A stretch of 64,000 nucleotides of DNA. It comes from Haliotis rufescens (Eukaryota). The notes beneath the pieces are model-generated. The model was not told where the DNA came from. It saw nothing but the letters and a program-made list of their open reading frames with translations, and made no database searches. The position numbers were made by a program, and so were the translations under genes. Every line of letters begins with the position of its first letter. Positions within the stretch are counted from its first letter, which is position 1. This document shows, in pieces, positions 13,393 through 27,062 of the stretch. The stretch covers positions 35,898,001-35,962,000 of the forward strand of contig NW_025964334.1 in NCBI RefSeq assembly GCF_023055435.1, given 5' to 3'.

Positions 13393-15382
13393 TCATTAAC
13401 CTGAAGTCTTGGTCACTTTGGCATTATACAATAAACAAAATAACGGATGTACTTTTGGTTAGGGCTGTTGTAGCATTTTGGTAGTACTATGAAGTGTATC
13501 AGATATTGGGAGATAACTGCATGTATTTCACTCTTGCCATTCAGATCTAGTGCACCAGTGTAGCCATTTTAGTTTTAAATGAGACAAACATCAGATATGT
13601 GTCAGCTGGACTCTTGAATCATTTGATTATGAAGACTCAGACGATACGATCATTTATATCCAACATGGTGAGTATTGGATAGAAAATGCATATGAAAACT
13701 ATCACCCAGGTATAACAATGTTAATAAAAACAATCCCTGTATGGATTTGTAGTGTGAATATATAGCTGGTGTAGACAGCTGGAGTGTGATAATGAATCCT
13801 ACAGGCAATGGACGAGGTGTTGGGTTTGTCATTAGTGTCACTTTTAACTGTGTAAATGTGTGACAGATGTCCCTCGTATTGCTTCCCTCGTTCTCCCTGA
13901 CTGATGATTATTGTAGATCATCATCATCATCATCACTTCCAATTCATCAGCTGTAACGCCACGAAGGAGGTTGATATTGATTACAGCTTGTTAGGATTCA
14001 TCATGGTCAACTTGTAGATGGAAGCTTGTGTGTAACTCTGGTCTCAGGTGAAGAAGCATTGTCTTGTTTTTAAGATCTGATTGCAAAACCTATTCAGCCG
14101 TCTGATATATTTTATTGACTGGTAATAAAGGCTAGTGACGGACAAAACTAGCCCTCTTAATGCCACACTTTAAATTACTTTTATAGATAAGGGAATAAAA
14201 TTAGTTTGTTCAGTGTTGAGTATTAGCTGACTCGATGTTTGGTTAACATGTCATGATGTAAAGTAATTTCTATGGCTAGAATTAATGTTACCAGTCTACC
14301 AAAAATCTGGCAAAGTAGACACAATTTATGGATAACAACTTCTTTAATTACTGTAAGGCTAAAAGCTTTTGGTTCCACCAGACCGAACTTGATTTGTGAT
14401 CATTTTTAGTAGATTTATATTTTGTATGGATAATTGTTAGGTGAGCTTATTGTCCGAATTGAAAGTAACTGACTTGGCAGCTTAACTATATTAATATGAA
14501 AGCATCGGGTGTGTTTTACTTCTTTGGAGTTGTAGGATTACGAAATTGGTCCACATCCGCTGTGGGTAGTATGTCTCTGTTGTGAAGGAAGAAAAACTTG
14601 GATTAAATCCACAGCTTTGTGTTTCTTTAATGACTTTCAAACCAGGCTCGAGCATAAATAAATGACTAGATACATCGACAAAGATTTGCATTACGCAATG
14701 CTAAAAATAACTGCCGTATCAAATTAATTAGCTGTTATACGATTACACAACCATACAAAATTAATGTGAAAGATATGACCACATGAAAACAAAGAGTGAA
14801 ACCGACATTATTTCGACTATAACAAAAAACGAACAAATTTAATTTGTGCAACAAATGTCATTAAAAGCTATCCATGAATTTAACATTATTGACATTTAAT
14901 GATCAGTTAGAAATGATGTACTCACTGGTGATAGATATTACTCCATGTATTATGAATTTCTACAAATCGGCTACACCGATCCTTTGTTCCTTTATAAAAT
15001 ATGAAAGCTAACTGACTTGTGGTATTTGACACCGAATCATTTCTTTGATAAGCTTCATGAAGTCGTACCCTAAGTATGAATACAGAACCATATAGATTAC
15101 CCTATCAGGCGTTACAGTTAAAATCAATAATTCATCGACATTTCACCGAACATGTGTTCTCTTTCTGTCGTCTTCTGTTGAACAGCTCTGCGGAAATCTA
15201 TTGCTACACACATGCTGTCGCAGGATAAACATAAGTACTGTGACGTAGGTTCTTCAGCGAGGATGGCAAATAAGAAGTGAAAGTTTGCATAGGTTGGGTA
15301 GAGTATTAGGTAACCAGTATCAAGACCTTCAGGCTGCTTCGGCAGAAGGAAAAATGTATAGGGTATAGTAATAATGTATGCT

Positions 15383-15860
15383 AATGATATATAGCATAAA
15401 CAAGTTATGAAAAAGGAAATGTTTGGCAGAATTTGTATCGCATCTGATGATATATGGTATAAGCAGGTTTTGAGAATTGAAGGGTTTGGTAGACAAAACA
15501 ATGTGCAGATCAAAGAATGTATATCACTGCTGATGATATATAACGTAAACAAGTTATAAAAAGGGAAATGTTTGGCAGAATTTGTATCGCATCTGATGAT
15601 ATATGGTATAAGCAGGTTTTGAGCATTGAAGGGTTTGATAGACAAAACGTTGTGCAGATCGAAGAATGTATATCTCTGCTGATGATATATAACGTAAACA
15701 AGTTATAAAAAGGGAAATGTTTGGCAGAATTTGTATCGCATCTGATGATATATGGTATAAGCAGGTTTTGAGAATTGAAGGGTTTGGTAGACAAAACGTT
15801 GTGCAGATCGAAGAATGTATATCGCTGCTGATGATATATAACGTAAACAAGTTATGAAAA
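15383..15860. repeat. Tandem repeat, 149-bp unit, ~3.2 copies
   Basis: GTTTGGCAGAATTTGTATCGCATC at 15421, 15570 and 15719. Confidence 0.93.
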
Positions 15861-16099
15861 GTGAAGAGTTTGGTGGACAAGAGATTGTGTGATGACAGAA
15901 GTCGGAGGTTGCTAAAAGGTTTTAGGTTATATTTGGGGGCACCTTGACACGTGAGGCTGTTTTGTAATCGGATCCTGAGATTATGTTTAAAAGGGTGTCT
16001 GGGCTTGGGTAGATTGGCAGCCCCAGCCAGTTTCAGACAAGTTGTCCAAACACCACCTTTTTCTCTCCAGACTGTCGTAATATCAGTTTTAAACAAAAT

Positions 16100-16320
16100 T
16101 ATTTTGTTGTTTAAAGCCACGCTCAGCAATACTCCAGCAGTATGACAGCGGTCTAATAATTTGAGTCTGCAACGGACAATCCGGGCATCATGAGCATCAA
16201 CCTACGCATTAGGATATGATGACATGCAGCAACCAAGTCACAGCCTGACCACCCGATCCCCATAGTCTTCTACTCATACGCCGAGCATGGGTTGCTGAAG
16301 ACCTATACTAACCCAGATCT
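16100..16320 (-). mobile_element. Family C copy (diverged)
   Basis: Reverse-complement match. Confidence 0.75.
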
Positions 16321-16591
16321 TGTCTGTTCTGACTGTGATTCTTGGTTTGTCCGCACCATAACCAGGCTTTTGCTGACTTACTGTGATATAAATAGTGGTA
16401 TTAAACCCTTTCACTCATTCACTCACTCACTCTAAAACTCTTAAACTTAAGAAATACAACAAATTGATTCATGGGCAGTAACTTATTTTTTTTGATAAGT
16501 TGCTACATTTTTCTTTACCTTATAGTACAGTATAGGGGTAATAATTTTTGTGGTTTTACTACAATGTGCAACATGCTTCAATGTGAGGTTA

Positions 16592-16750
16592 GGGGTGTCC
16601 GGGTAGCCTAGTGGTTAAAGCGTTCGCTCGTCATGCCGAAGATCCGGGTTCGATTCCCGACATGGGTACAATGTGTGAAGCCCATTTCTGGTGTCCCCCG
16701 CTGTGATATTGCTTGAATATTGCTAAGAGCGGCATAAAATCATACACACA
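16592..16750 (+). mobile_element. SINE family A copy
   Basis: Sequence match to family A. Confidence 0.85.
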
Positions 16751-17986
16751 CAATGAGAGGTGGAGAAGTGGAGAAGGGTGTTTTTGAAATCCCAAGTATT
16801 TTGAACCACACCTTTTGGGTTCTAAGCCTAAAATACTGGTGATACTAATGCCTTTGTGGTTAAGATGTGATTTTCATATTGTTTGTCTCCAAAAACATTT
16901 CACCTGTTTTAACATATTAATCTCAATTTAATGAGATGAATTTTTTTGTTGTACTTAGTTGTGAAACTCTGTAATATTAAATTTGCAAAATAAATTTCTT
17001 TTCGGAACATATAAGCCTAGAAGATTCTTGCAAGCACTGTAAGACAGTGGGCTGGGTGTTTCTATACATTACATAACAAACCTCAGTTCAACTGCTGACT
17101 GCATTGTTAGATAAGTGCCAACAGACAACCTCTGTAAACACACACCGAGAACAAGATTGTGGCTGTTCCTAGACTTGCTGAAAGATTCCAACACACTCCA
17201 CCCTCAAGATGCCATCACATCGCACATTTTTCTCATCATCATATCTAGCTCATCGGCAAGATGTGCCTTTCCATGTTTGTTTATGTAGCTCCCATGTCTA
17301 CCAGCAGGGCTACAGATAGGTGTGGTGTAGGTGTTGGTAGAAGAGAGACTGGTGGTAAGTCTAGGGGATACCTAACACCAACAGGTGCTTGCTGTGTATG
17401 TTTGCTGTCTGACAGCACGCAGGCGGTTGTTACCTGTGCAACACTCTCTCAACTCCGAGCTCCATACTTGAGAATATACAAGACGAGAAAATCCATACCA
17501 TGTGCACCAGTCACCAGGCAGGGAAGACTAGCATGGGAGAGATGTATTTACCATTTGAACAGTTTTAGATACAGCTTTGAAAGTGTGGATTCTGGATCAG
17601 AATTTGGACAGGGTACTTCATGCTTGTTGTAAGGGCATGGATGATGGGATGGGTAGTCAAGCCCTGTGAGTCCTGTTGTTATTCCTGGCCAAAATGGGCA
17701 GTGGGGTAGCCTAGTGGGTAAAGCGTTTGCTTATCATGTCAAAGGCCCGGGTTCGATTTCTCACATTCTCGTGACGTTGCTGTAATATTGCGTAAAATCC
17801 AACTTGTTCTCTCCTAGCTAGTTATATACATGTTGTGGAATGAGGATGTGTGTGTCATTAAATCCTGATGGTGTTGATCGTCGCTCATTGTTTGCCTGGT
17901 GCAATCTCAGAAAAATGAGGAATTTGTAGTTACAGCATGGGATTTTTAATATTTGTATGTCATCTTACCCTGAGCCATTGAATGGC

Positions 17987-18036
17987 TCACTCACTCACTC
18001 ACTCACTCACTCACTCACTCACTCACTCACTCACTC
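17987..18036. repeat. (ACTC)n microsatellite
   Basis: About 12 perfect units; others at ~21104-21140, ~22871-22897 and ~50017-50045. Confidence 0.9.
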
Positions 18037-18435
18037 CAGCAGTTTTATGCAGAACATACCATTGACATGACGTTTCAGATGTAATTTCTTTTCTGTGCCA
18101 GAGATGTTAGGGAAGTCTAGTATTTAATGTGGTTGCTCTGCAACCCAAAGATCCTGGTTTGATTACCACAAGAGAAACATAATCCAGTTGTGTACCCAGC
18201 TGTGACAGGAAACTTTGCACATTGATCATCATGCAGGCAGGGTAACAACAAGTACCATCTTTTAACATCTGTTGATGTGACGCTGCCAGGGAGTCCACAA
18301 CTTACTTCCACAATAAATTAATCATACAGCTCAACATTTGAGAGGGATACTGGGATATTTCATACTGTTACATAACTAGAGAACAGATACTTGAATTGTG
18401 TACTTACTGTTATTAACCTTACAGAAGCCAAAAGC

Positions 18436-18690
18436 CTGTGAAGATCTGGGGTAGAATAGGTCTTCAGCAACCCATGCTTGCTGTAATAATCGAGTCTGGA
18501 GCAGACAATCCAGTGATTGACATCATGAGCATCGATCCACACAATTGGGATTCGTTGACATGCATCAACCAAGTCAGCGAACCTGACCACCCGATCCCGT
18601 TAGTGGCCTCTTGTCGTAAGAGGCGACTAACGGAATCGGGTGGTCAGGCTCGCTGACTGCATGTCATCATATCCCAATTGCGTGAATCTG
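18436..18690. mobile_element. Rearranged family C copy with internal inverted segment
   Basis: + head 18436-18482, - body ~18485-18610, + body resumes ~18609-18685. Confidence 0.78.
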
Positions 18691-20637
18691 GACATGCTCC
18701 AGTTGCATGTCAATATGAGATACTATTTGTGTGACACCATCTCCCAGCAGCAGTTTATAACAAACTGTTTTTTGGTCCCAGCCATTTACTGTATATATGC
18801 ATATAATGAACTAAAGTTATTTAGAACTAAACTATGTGGTCCCTTTGAGTTTGTTATAACTGTAGTTTAGTGTATGTATGTATTTAGATAATCAAAGAAA
18901 TTTGTTCATCACCTGTCGATGAATGTGCTTCATATGAATGTAGAATGTTGTGTATGATGTGCTTCAGGCAACACACATCGCAAGTTTCTTTGTCTGTAGA
19001 GACTTGGGGACAATAAAGTACTATGTTGTGAAATTACTATGTTGTGACACAAATGTTGCATTCCGAAATAACATTTCATAAGACTCCATCTTGTATTATC
19101 AAGTTTCTCAACAGTAAACTTTATAATACTCTATTATTTAAAAAAAATTATTTTCAGAAATGTTAATTTTTCAATTAAACTTATCATGAGGTTTGTCTTT
19201 CCATGAGATTCTAGTGGTGCCTCCACAAGCTCTCATTGGGTGAAGTTTGTTTTGCACAGCCAAGCCTTGATCAGAGACATTTTAAGTCATAATCACATAA
19301 TCACACAAATTCTAAATTATGCGTAATAAGTTAGGGAAATCCAGTCAGCCATTATGGTTTAAACTTCATCTTGCTACAACGATTGAACTGCCATGGTTGC
19401 TGAGCTGTAGTTGGTAAAATTTACAAATTTCTATTTGATTAGCGATGAATAGATATCTTTCAGCCATTGAGTGTCTTATTAACATAAAAAGCTGTCATTT
19501 TGCACTCACTGAGATATTTGCTTTTACTGCAAAATCTCAAATCGGCAGTGTCTTGTCATTACAAGCACTGCGATCGATAGCATGATGTGGTTTCCTGTTG
19601 ATCTCGTGTCATATTTCCACCAGAATGTTGCCGGAGAATCGGACTTTGGTACGTCATACCTGTACAGGCCTAAATCAGACATCTTTTGTGATGGCAAACC
19701 CCATGTTGTTAAAACCATCCATTGTGAAAGCTATCTACGCCAATTTTAGGTGCAATTTTGCTAAGTAGAGAGTAATGTGACTTTCCGATGTCTTCAGCCT
19801 GGGTGGAATGACTAGAGGAATACATACACCCATCTTCACTTCCTGGTAGGCGAATATCAGCTTTAATTAACAATAGTCCAGTGATGAGGACTCCTTTCTT
19901 CTGACGGTGTGCCTAGCCTTCTGAAATTGATTTCATTGCGAAATGGAGGCTTCTCTGTGCCGGAGAAATTGACGCTAAATAGATGGGGAGCATCTCGTTT
20001 CTAGCGTCTAAAAAGTGGACTGTGATGCCGCAGTGAACTCGAAGATGCCACTTGACGTGGGATTGTGTTTGGATCGGATTGCGATCCTGGCGAGGGATGC
20101 CGGCATTAGCGCAAATTACTTTCCATTTTCTATACGCGACCAGAGAAATGTCAACTTCGTCATAAACCACACAAGCAACCATAGTTAGGTTCTGATAGTT
20201 TTGTCCTCCGTGCTCAATTTTGAAATAAATATTTTGTTTTCCCAATAACTGACAGTTTAGTGTGGTCTATTTCATACACGATGTTCTCATTATGTTTGAG
20301 AAAATATGCTGGAATTAGAAATTTGATGTTGTTGAGGTTTGTTTGAAGACATCTTGTTTATTCTGTGTGGCAGTAACTAGGGTCGTAGTAACTATATGAT
20401 TGGGGCTGTATTCATGAAGCTATTATCTTCCACTGGATCAATACGCAAGGTTTTGTGTCCTTTTCAATTACATTGTTTGTCCAAAGAGAGAACCCAAGGA
20501 ATGTTAAATTCAACAGAGTATTAGGCTTGAAAAAAAAGGGAAATGTTTCTTGGGCATTGGCGCGTCACTTAAACTGTGCACGTCAGTTATTTTTATTGCA
20601 TATATTGAAAAAGAACATGAAATTTCTCAGTCATATA

Positions 20638-20832
20638 GACCTATGAAAATCCGGGTTAGAATAGGTCTTCAGCAACCCATGCTTGTCATAAGCAGTGACA
20701 ATGCTTTTTGTAAGAGACGACTGATGGGATCGGGTGGTAAGGCTCGCTGACTTGGTTGATGCATATCAGCGTATCCCAATTGCGTGGAACGATGCTCATG
20801 ATATGAATCACTGATTGTCTGGTCCAGACTCA
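20638..20832 (+). mobile_element. Family C copy (3'-truncated)
   Basis: Match to family C. Confidence 0.78.
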
Positions 20833-21147
20833 CTCATCCACACTTAACCTACTGTGTTCCACAAATAGTCTGCTTGTTGTGGCCTTACTCCACTGCACAT
20901 ACCATGTTACCAGGTATTTGAATCCAGAGACAACCTAAATTTTTTATCTTTTGACATGAGCATGAACACCTTGACTTTTTTAAATTGGTGCCTATTGTTT
21001 CACTCATTGCAAGTGATGATGGTGTGAATAGGTGGATTCCATTCCCCACATGGGTACAGTGTGAACCCCATTTCTGTTTTTTTCCCACCCCGTAAAAACT
21101 GTCACTCACTTACTCACTCACTCACTCACTCACTCACTCAGTTTGAA

Positions 21148-21400
21148 GGGGGCCCATTCATCTAAGGTGCCACAATTCGATGTGCAGAGTTGCATCCCTT
21201 GGGCACACAAGAAACCTGTGATTGGGTGCGAATACCAGTTCGCCCCGATTATGTTTCTAGGTTTGAGCGCCATACCCGTGCTCGTTGGTTTCACCGAAGT
21301 GGTAAACATCTGAGACCTGCATCATTTCAGGTTTTAATTCCACATGAAGCTGAAGTGATATGTGTGGAATACAGTTGAAAGCAGTGTTAAACCCAACTCA
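21148..21400 (+). mobile_element. SINE family D copy (diverged)
   Basis: Match to family D. Confidence 0.75.
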
Positions 21401-22149
21401 GATATTGAAGATTGTGTAGGTCCAGAAACTTGCCTACCTGCCTGAATTTCCTTCAACATATGTTTTAGGAGATTTTACTCTGTGCCAGGTGAAGCCTAGC
21501 AGGAAGAAAGGAAGAAACTGTGAGCTACGACTGCTTCGTTTTGGCCCCTCACACATGATGTCATGCAACCCCCTAAGCACACAGATAAATGACATACTAT
21601 ATGTGTGCTACTTCTCTTGGGAAATTATTCAATAGCAAATTCAATTTTCATAATTGTTGATTACAGAGTAAACAGTTATCTTTGTATCATATACGCCTGC
21701 ATCCTCCTCTGTTATGTCAATGTGCTGCAGTCAAGAGCAGGATAATTTAGCTGTTTACAGATATTTGTTAATAGTAATTACATTAGATAGTGTGGCATTT
21801 TTGTTTCAATGGCCAAAGATGTTTTGCTTATTTTACGTTTGTTCAACGTTTGTTCAACGTTTGTTCAACGTTTGTTCAACGTTTGTTTGTGCCCACTATG
21901 CCATGCTTGTCTTAAGAGACAGCATTGATGGTGACTATGTACCACCTGGGCCGAGCTTCACATTAGTATTGTAATGATCAGACTTGCTTGCTTTAACACA
22001 AGATAGCCCTAGCACAATAAACACAGCCCTACTGGCTTGTTGTATACACCCTGCTGCCACACCAAAGTTCAGCAGATTGATTCCTGAGTTTCTGGAGCTT
22101 TGGTTCTGCTCTACACTGAAGCACATGTAGCACATCTGGTGTCACCTTA

Positions 22150-22415
22150 GGCTTGTGACTTTGTTTGAAATTTGCCCGTGTTCACCCAGCAGTGAATGGG
22201 TACCTGGTAGGATGAGAATTTAGTGTGACCGTTCACCTGTTAGCACCTTACAGGCAGCTTGGGATTTATGCTTTCCGGGGAGCCGCGAATAAAATTGAAT
22301 GCACACTGATCCATTGACCGGGGTAATTACGTTAGCGCGTTGAGTATGTTTATGGATATATTTGATGCTCTACAAAAATGCACGTTATTATTATTAATTT
22401 TTTAATATTATTATT
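22150..22415 (+). mobile_element. Older SINE family E with CAGT(A/G)AATGGGTACC core and L2-like 3' end
   Basis: Shared with ~51170-51415 (AATGGGTACC.GG..GGATG, GGCAGCTT, TGATCCATTGA, GATA.ATTTGATGCTCTACAAA); ends in (TTA)n or (TAA)n. Confidence 0.55.
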
Positions 22416-24095
22416 ACAAAATGTAGCATCCATTTGATTTCTACGGGGTGGGTTCATGATCACCAATACCACATCTAAGACCTGCAACACTTTGGGCTTT
22501 CCGCTTTTTAGCCTTGATATGCCTGAAGTACTGTGAAATGGCATTAAACCCAACTCACTCACTCACTTCATATCACAATGGCAATCTTTCAGCTGACGAT
22601 ACAGGTGTAAATGTTTTCTCATTTCCAGACCAAAACATTATGGACTTGTATTCACTGACTTGACTTTAAGACAAATACAAGGTCGAATATCTTTTGCCTG
22701 TTGGTTTTATGGTTTACATACTAGTTTTAAGTAAAATCTGTGTACATCTATTTGTTTTGCTGTCCTTTGTCGACATGTTTTATATAGTTTAAATTTATTA
22801 ATTATCATTGTATACTGTGTTGGAGTCACTATTTTGTCTGAAATAATGCTGAAGTGACTTTAAATTTGAACTCACTCACTCACTCACTCACTCACTCTCT
22901 GATGCTGATGTCTATCTGTTGGTGAGTGCTAGACTGCATACATTATTCTCACCATGGTAACATATTTTGCAAGTTAATATGAAGAGCTCATAAAACGTAC
23001 TTGCTTGCTGTCTGACATTTACCATGGTTTACAGTTCATGGCTAGAAGAATCTCGCGTGACGTCAAACAATTTCTATAGCTCTATCTTAATTTCTTGCAG
23101 ACCTGTCGACAAGGGCATGCATATCTTAGTCTGCTGGTTTTGAAGTCTTAAACGTTAATCCTTTGTTATTGCCAAACGATTGTGATGATTTGTAACAATG
23201 TGCATACTAGTAGGATACACAAGGTTGCCGTACCTAGAATCGGGACAAAATCTTGGAGTTTCGATGCTTGTATTGTTGTTTGAAGATTATTTACATGATA
23301 GATAATAATTGTTTTATTCAAATGCAGAATATTCAAAATGCATTTAAAATTCAAAATATTCCACATACATTTAATATTCAACATATTCAATATACATTTA
23401 TTATTCAAAATACTCCAACTTTATTTTATCTTTCGAGTGTAATCTATCCCCGAAGTATTAGATGTAAATATAGCATTGCTTCACTTTGCTTGGTGAAGAA
23501 GACACCCGAGCAGGTTAATTTACTGTATAATAATGCATGAGTCTCCCAGAATCCAGCGTCGTCGTATTCACTCCTAAAAATTCTTCCTGGACTGTGTGGA
23601 AGTCATTTAGCAGTGACTTATCATATGTCAATAGTGCATTATTAATGAAGCCTCAACTATGGCATTCGCATCTTCATCTTCATGACATAGAGCAATAAGA
23701 ATCGGCGGTCGGCTTGCGTACCTTCCATATTCCTTTGTCAGCGCCTACCATGATAAACACCGCCTTCGTTACTGTTGCTGTAACTGTTCGTACCTCTGCC
23801 ACTTTGTGTACCTTGGTTTTCATAATTGATGTTTTGTGTGGCCTTAATGTGAAATTGAAATTTATATTGGCTGTGTTAGAAGATGTCATACAAGTTACCA
23901 TGGTTGGAGTGTTAGCTTGTTTGATAAATATTCATTAACAGGTATAAGTTGGTGCATTCGTGTCATCATTTTACAGATTTCCTCAACACAACATCAAGTG
24001 CAAGAGATAAATGCTGCAACATCTTGCTAGCAATACGCAGTTAAAACAGGATGGTTTCTTGAGAATGGAGTTTATATATCGGTGTTTGGTTTCAG

Positions 24096-24283
24096 ATCTG
24101 CGACTGTACAAAGAGACAAGCGGCAAGAAGGGCACACGCAAGGACTGGGAGACGGTTTGTGTGACTCTCGCAGACTGGAAGCTCTTCCTCAGGCATTTCC
24201 GCAAAACCACCAACCCTCAGGAAATACTACTATATCACTACCTGAAGGAGGAGTTATTCCCCCTTGTGGAAGTTTCTCTTGAG
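24096..24283 (+). CDS. Coding exon with a WHIM-like (CECR2/RSF1/Ioc3-type) module; putative N-terminal exon of the BCL9 gene
   Basis: Acceptor tttcag|24096 (phase 1) and donor GAG|gtacag at 24284 (phase 0). Translation DLRLYKETSGKKGTRKDWETVCVTLADWKLFLRHFRKTTNPQEILLYHYLKEELFPLVEVSLE resembles, from memory, the CECR2 pattern R(M/L)YKE...W..C.T..W....F......E..LY..L.E...P. Phase matches the next exon. Confidence 0.7.
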
Positions 24284-24485
24284 GTACAGTACATAGATCA
24301 AAGATCAGTTCTAATTTGTAATTTATATTATAATGACGTTTACTGTCATATTTTTAGCAAATATCATCCTTTTATTTGGCAAGTTAAAATTAAACTTATT
24401 CTTGAACTCAACTCAACTCACTCACTGGATTATTCAGTTTTATAAGCCCTATGTTCTAAAGTACAATTGATTCTACAACAGATTA

Positions 24486-24643
24486 GGGGCGGTGGGTTAG
24501 CCTAGCAATTCAAGCGTTCGCTCATCACACCGAAAACCCAGGCTTGATTCCCCACATGGGTACAATGTGTGAAGTCTATCCCATGTGTCCCCTGCCAGAT
24601 ATTGCTGGAATATTGCTAAAAGCTGTGTAAAACCATGCTCACT
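24486..24643 (+). mobile_element. SINE family A copy (intronic)
   Basis: Sequence match to family A. Confidence 0.8.
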
Positions 24644-24780
24644 ACAACAAAATATATTGTCACATGAATATATCGAATTTACATTTTCATGTATCATTTA
24701 CACAATAACTAAATTATTGCTTAAAGATGTGTGGAATTACACTTGCTCACAATATTTATACATCTACTATTCTTTTCCAG

Positions 24781-25087
24781 AACCGAATCTTAAACGAATC
24801 TAGTTGTGAAAATTTGGAGTTGGATCCAGATTTCTTGATGAAACGTGAGCGGGAAGAAGTGAACGCAATGTTGAAAGACTCTGACAGCATGAACCATGAC
24901 GTGAATGGCTCTGCAATCAAGAGTGAGAACGGAATGGACATTAAGGAAGAGAACGCAGAAGATTCAGCTCAGAAAAATCTGGAAAACTGCGGTTCGGCTC
25001 CCAATTCGAACAAAATGGCTAACGGAGACATGGGAAAAGGTGTGGAAGATTTATACAATTTTCTCCCTATGTCCATCTGTGCTGGGT
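24781..25087 (+). CDS. BCL9: BCL9/Legless internal coding exon (acidic, low complexity)
   Basis: Acceptor tcttttccag|24781 (phase 0), open frame NRILNESS...MKREREE...; donor GTAAGT at 25088 or alternative AAG|GTGTGG at 25040, both phase 1 and compatible with the next exon. Confidence 0.72.
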
Positions 25088-25101
25088 GTAAGTTCTGACT
25101 C

Positions 25102-25813
25102 AATGTGCTTAAATACTGGTGCCAAGACTAAATGTGCTTGAATACTGGCGCCAAGATTAAATGTGTTTGAATACTTGTGCCAAGACACACTATGCTTGAA
25201 TACTAGCACCAAGACACAATGTGCTTGAATACTGGCGCCAAGACGAAATGTACTTAAATACTGGCACCAAGACACAATGTGCTTGAATACTGGCACTAAG
25301 ACACAATGTACTTGAATACTGGCACTAAGACACAATGTAATTGAATACTGGCACCAAGTCACAATATGCTTGAATACTGGCGCCAAGACACAATGTACTT
25401 GAATACTGGCACCAAGACACAATATGCTGGAATACTGGCGTCAAGACGAAATGTACTTAAATACTGGAACCAAGACACAATGTACTTGAATACTGGTACT
25501 AAGACACAATGTACTTGAATACTGGCACTAAGACACAATGTACTTGAATTCTGGCGCCAAGGCACAATATGCTTGAATGCTGGCACCAAGACACAATGTA
25601 CTATAATTCTGGCGCCAAGACACAATATGCTTGAATACTGGCGTCAAGACACAATGTACTATAATTCTGGCGCCAAGACACAATGTACTATAATTCTGGC
25701 GCCGAGATACAATATGCTTTAATACTGGCATCAAGACACAATATGCTTGAATACTGGCATTAAGACACAATGTACTTAAATACTGGCACCAAGACACAAT
25801 ATGCTTGAATACT
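25102..25813. repeat. Minisatellite, 29-bp unit, ~24 copies (BCL9 intron)
   Basis: Unit TACTGGCACCAAGACACAATGTRCTTGAA. Confidence 0.95.
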
Positions 25814-26186
25814 TGTGACAAGGCCTCCAGTAACTTGTTACTGTGTAGGAGTGAATGGGATGGTCACAATGATGTTGAGTGTAGATGGACGGCAACCACA
25901 GAAGACATGGCTGTACTCACTGTTTTGTCTGTATCTTCACCATGGGTTGGTCTGGTCCTGGGTGACTCTCATGCTGTGATGTATCTGACAGTGTTGGAGA
26001 ACTAAATTCCCTCCCTGAAAAGTATAAATAAGCCTGTCAGGAATATACGTAGGATTCCAAACCATGTGCCGTTCCTTTGCAGATAAATTGTGGTGGGATC
26101 ATCATGTTGAGCTAAATTGGAATTTTTGTTTTGAAATAGAGGTATTTTAACATTGCATTAAATACAATAGTGCCTTTTCTTTTTAT

Positions 26187-26527
26187 GGGGCCGCCCGGAC
26201 AGCGGAAGGTCCGGGGTTCGATCCTCGGCCGCGTCATACCTAAAGACGTTAAAAGATGGTACTTATTGTTACCCTGTCTGGCGCTCGGCATTAAAGGGCT
26301 TAAACAAGTACTTGTCGTCTCAGCGTCAGTATACTGTGTCTGAGTGGGGTATTCATGTTAAACTGCGGCATGGTATCTCAGTGAGCTAGCACTATAAATC
26401 GGCATCAGTCCGGACAAGTACAAGCACACACAAGCACGCACACGCACACACACACACACGTGCATGCACTATATAAATGCAATAATCTTGGACGTGACGT
26501 TAAACCCAATTTTACCTCACCTCACCT
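26187..26527 (+). mobile_element. SINE family B (tRNA head plus Meta/MESC-like central domain, (CA)n, CACCT-repeat tail)
   Basis: B box GGTTCGATCC, central GTCATACC.AAAGACGTTAAAAGATGGTAC...CCCTG.CTGGCGCTCGGCATTAA, recalled as the MetaSINE domain; tail TGCAATAATCTTGGACGYGACGTTAAACCC. Confidence 0.78.
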
Positions 26528-26533
26528 TTTTAT

Positions 26534-26682
26534 GGGGCGGTGGGGTAGCCTAGTGGTTAAAGCATTTGCTTGTCGAGCCAAAGACCCTGGTTCGATTCCC
26601 CATTTGGGAACATCGAGTGAATCTCATTTCTTGTGTCCCCCACTGTTATGTTACTAAAAGCCTCGTAAAACTATACTCACTC
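26534..26682 (+). mobile_element. SINE family A copy (diverged), directly behind a family B copy
   Basis: Sequence match to family A. Confidence 0.75.
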
Positions 26683-26990
26683 TTCTCTTTATTGGTCCTG
26701 TTATCAGTGAATATAACCTAAAAAGACATAGGTTTGTTGTAACTTTATTTTAACATGAGTTGGGAATTTGTACTGATATTTGCAAAAGAGTTTGGGCTGA
26801 ATATCAGCCTCTGAGCAGGTTTTGATAAATCCCTGACAAGATGACAAGAACAATGGAAGAGTTAACTCCCTTGATCATCCTTGTGGAAGACATTCTCTTC
26901 AAGTCCTGATCATCTTACATGTTTTCTGCATTTGTCATGTACATGGATTATGTTGACGTCAATCAGTTCGCCTGTGGATTGTTTTCACAG

Positions 26991-27062
26991 ATTCACAAAT
27001 AAAGCATGAAGACAGCCCAACAAACAAAACACAGCCGGTGAGCACGGGTCCGAATAAGAAAG
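26991..27062 (+). CDS. BCL9: BCL9/Legless 72-nt coding exon
   Basis: gttttcacag|...AAG|gtaaga; phase 1-1, open (DSQIKHEDSPTNKTQPVSTGPNKK). Too short to appear in the ORF track. Confidence 0.7.

Noticed and set aside
15124-16129. ORFs of 94-191 aa on the minus strand
   Set aside because: Products of the 149-bp tandem repeat; no protein-like composition.
20045-20183. Possible first coding exon (MPLDVGLCLDRIAIL...) that would supply a phase-1 donor to the WHIM-like exon
   Set aside because: Donor ATA|GTTAGG is weak and I recognise no homology; cannot be supported without transcript data.
25102-25813. Shared CACCAAGAC core between this minisatellite and the 48.9-kb satellite
   Set aside because: Only 9 bp shared and the rest of the units is unrelated; plausibly chance.
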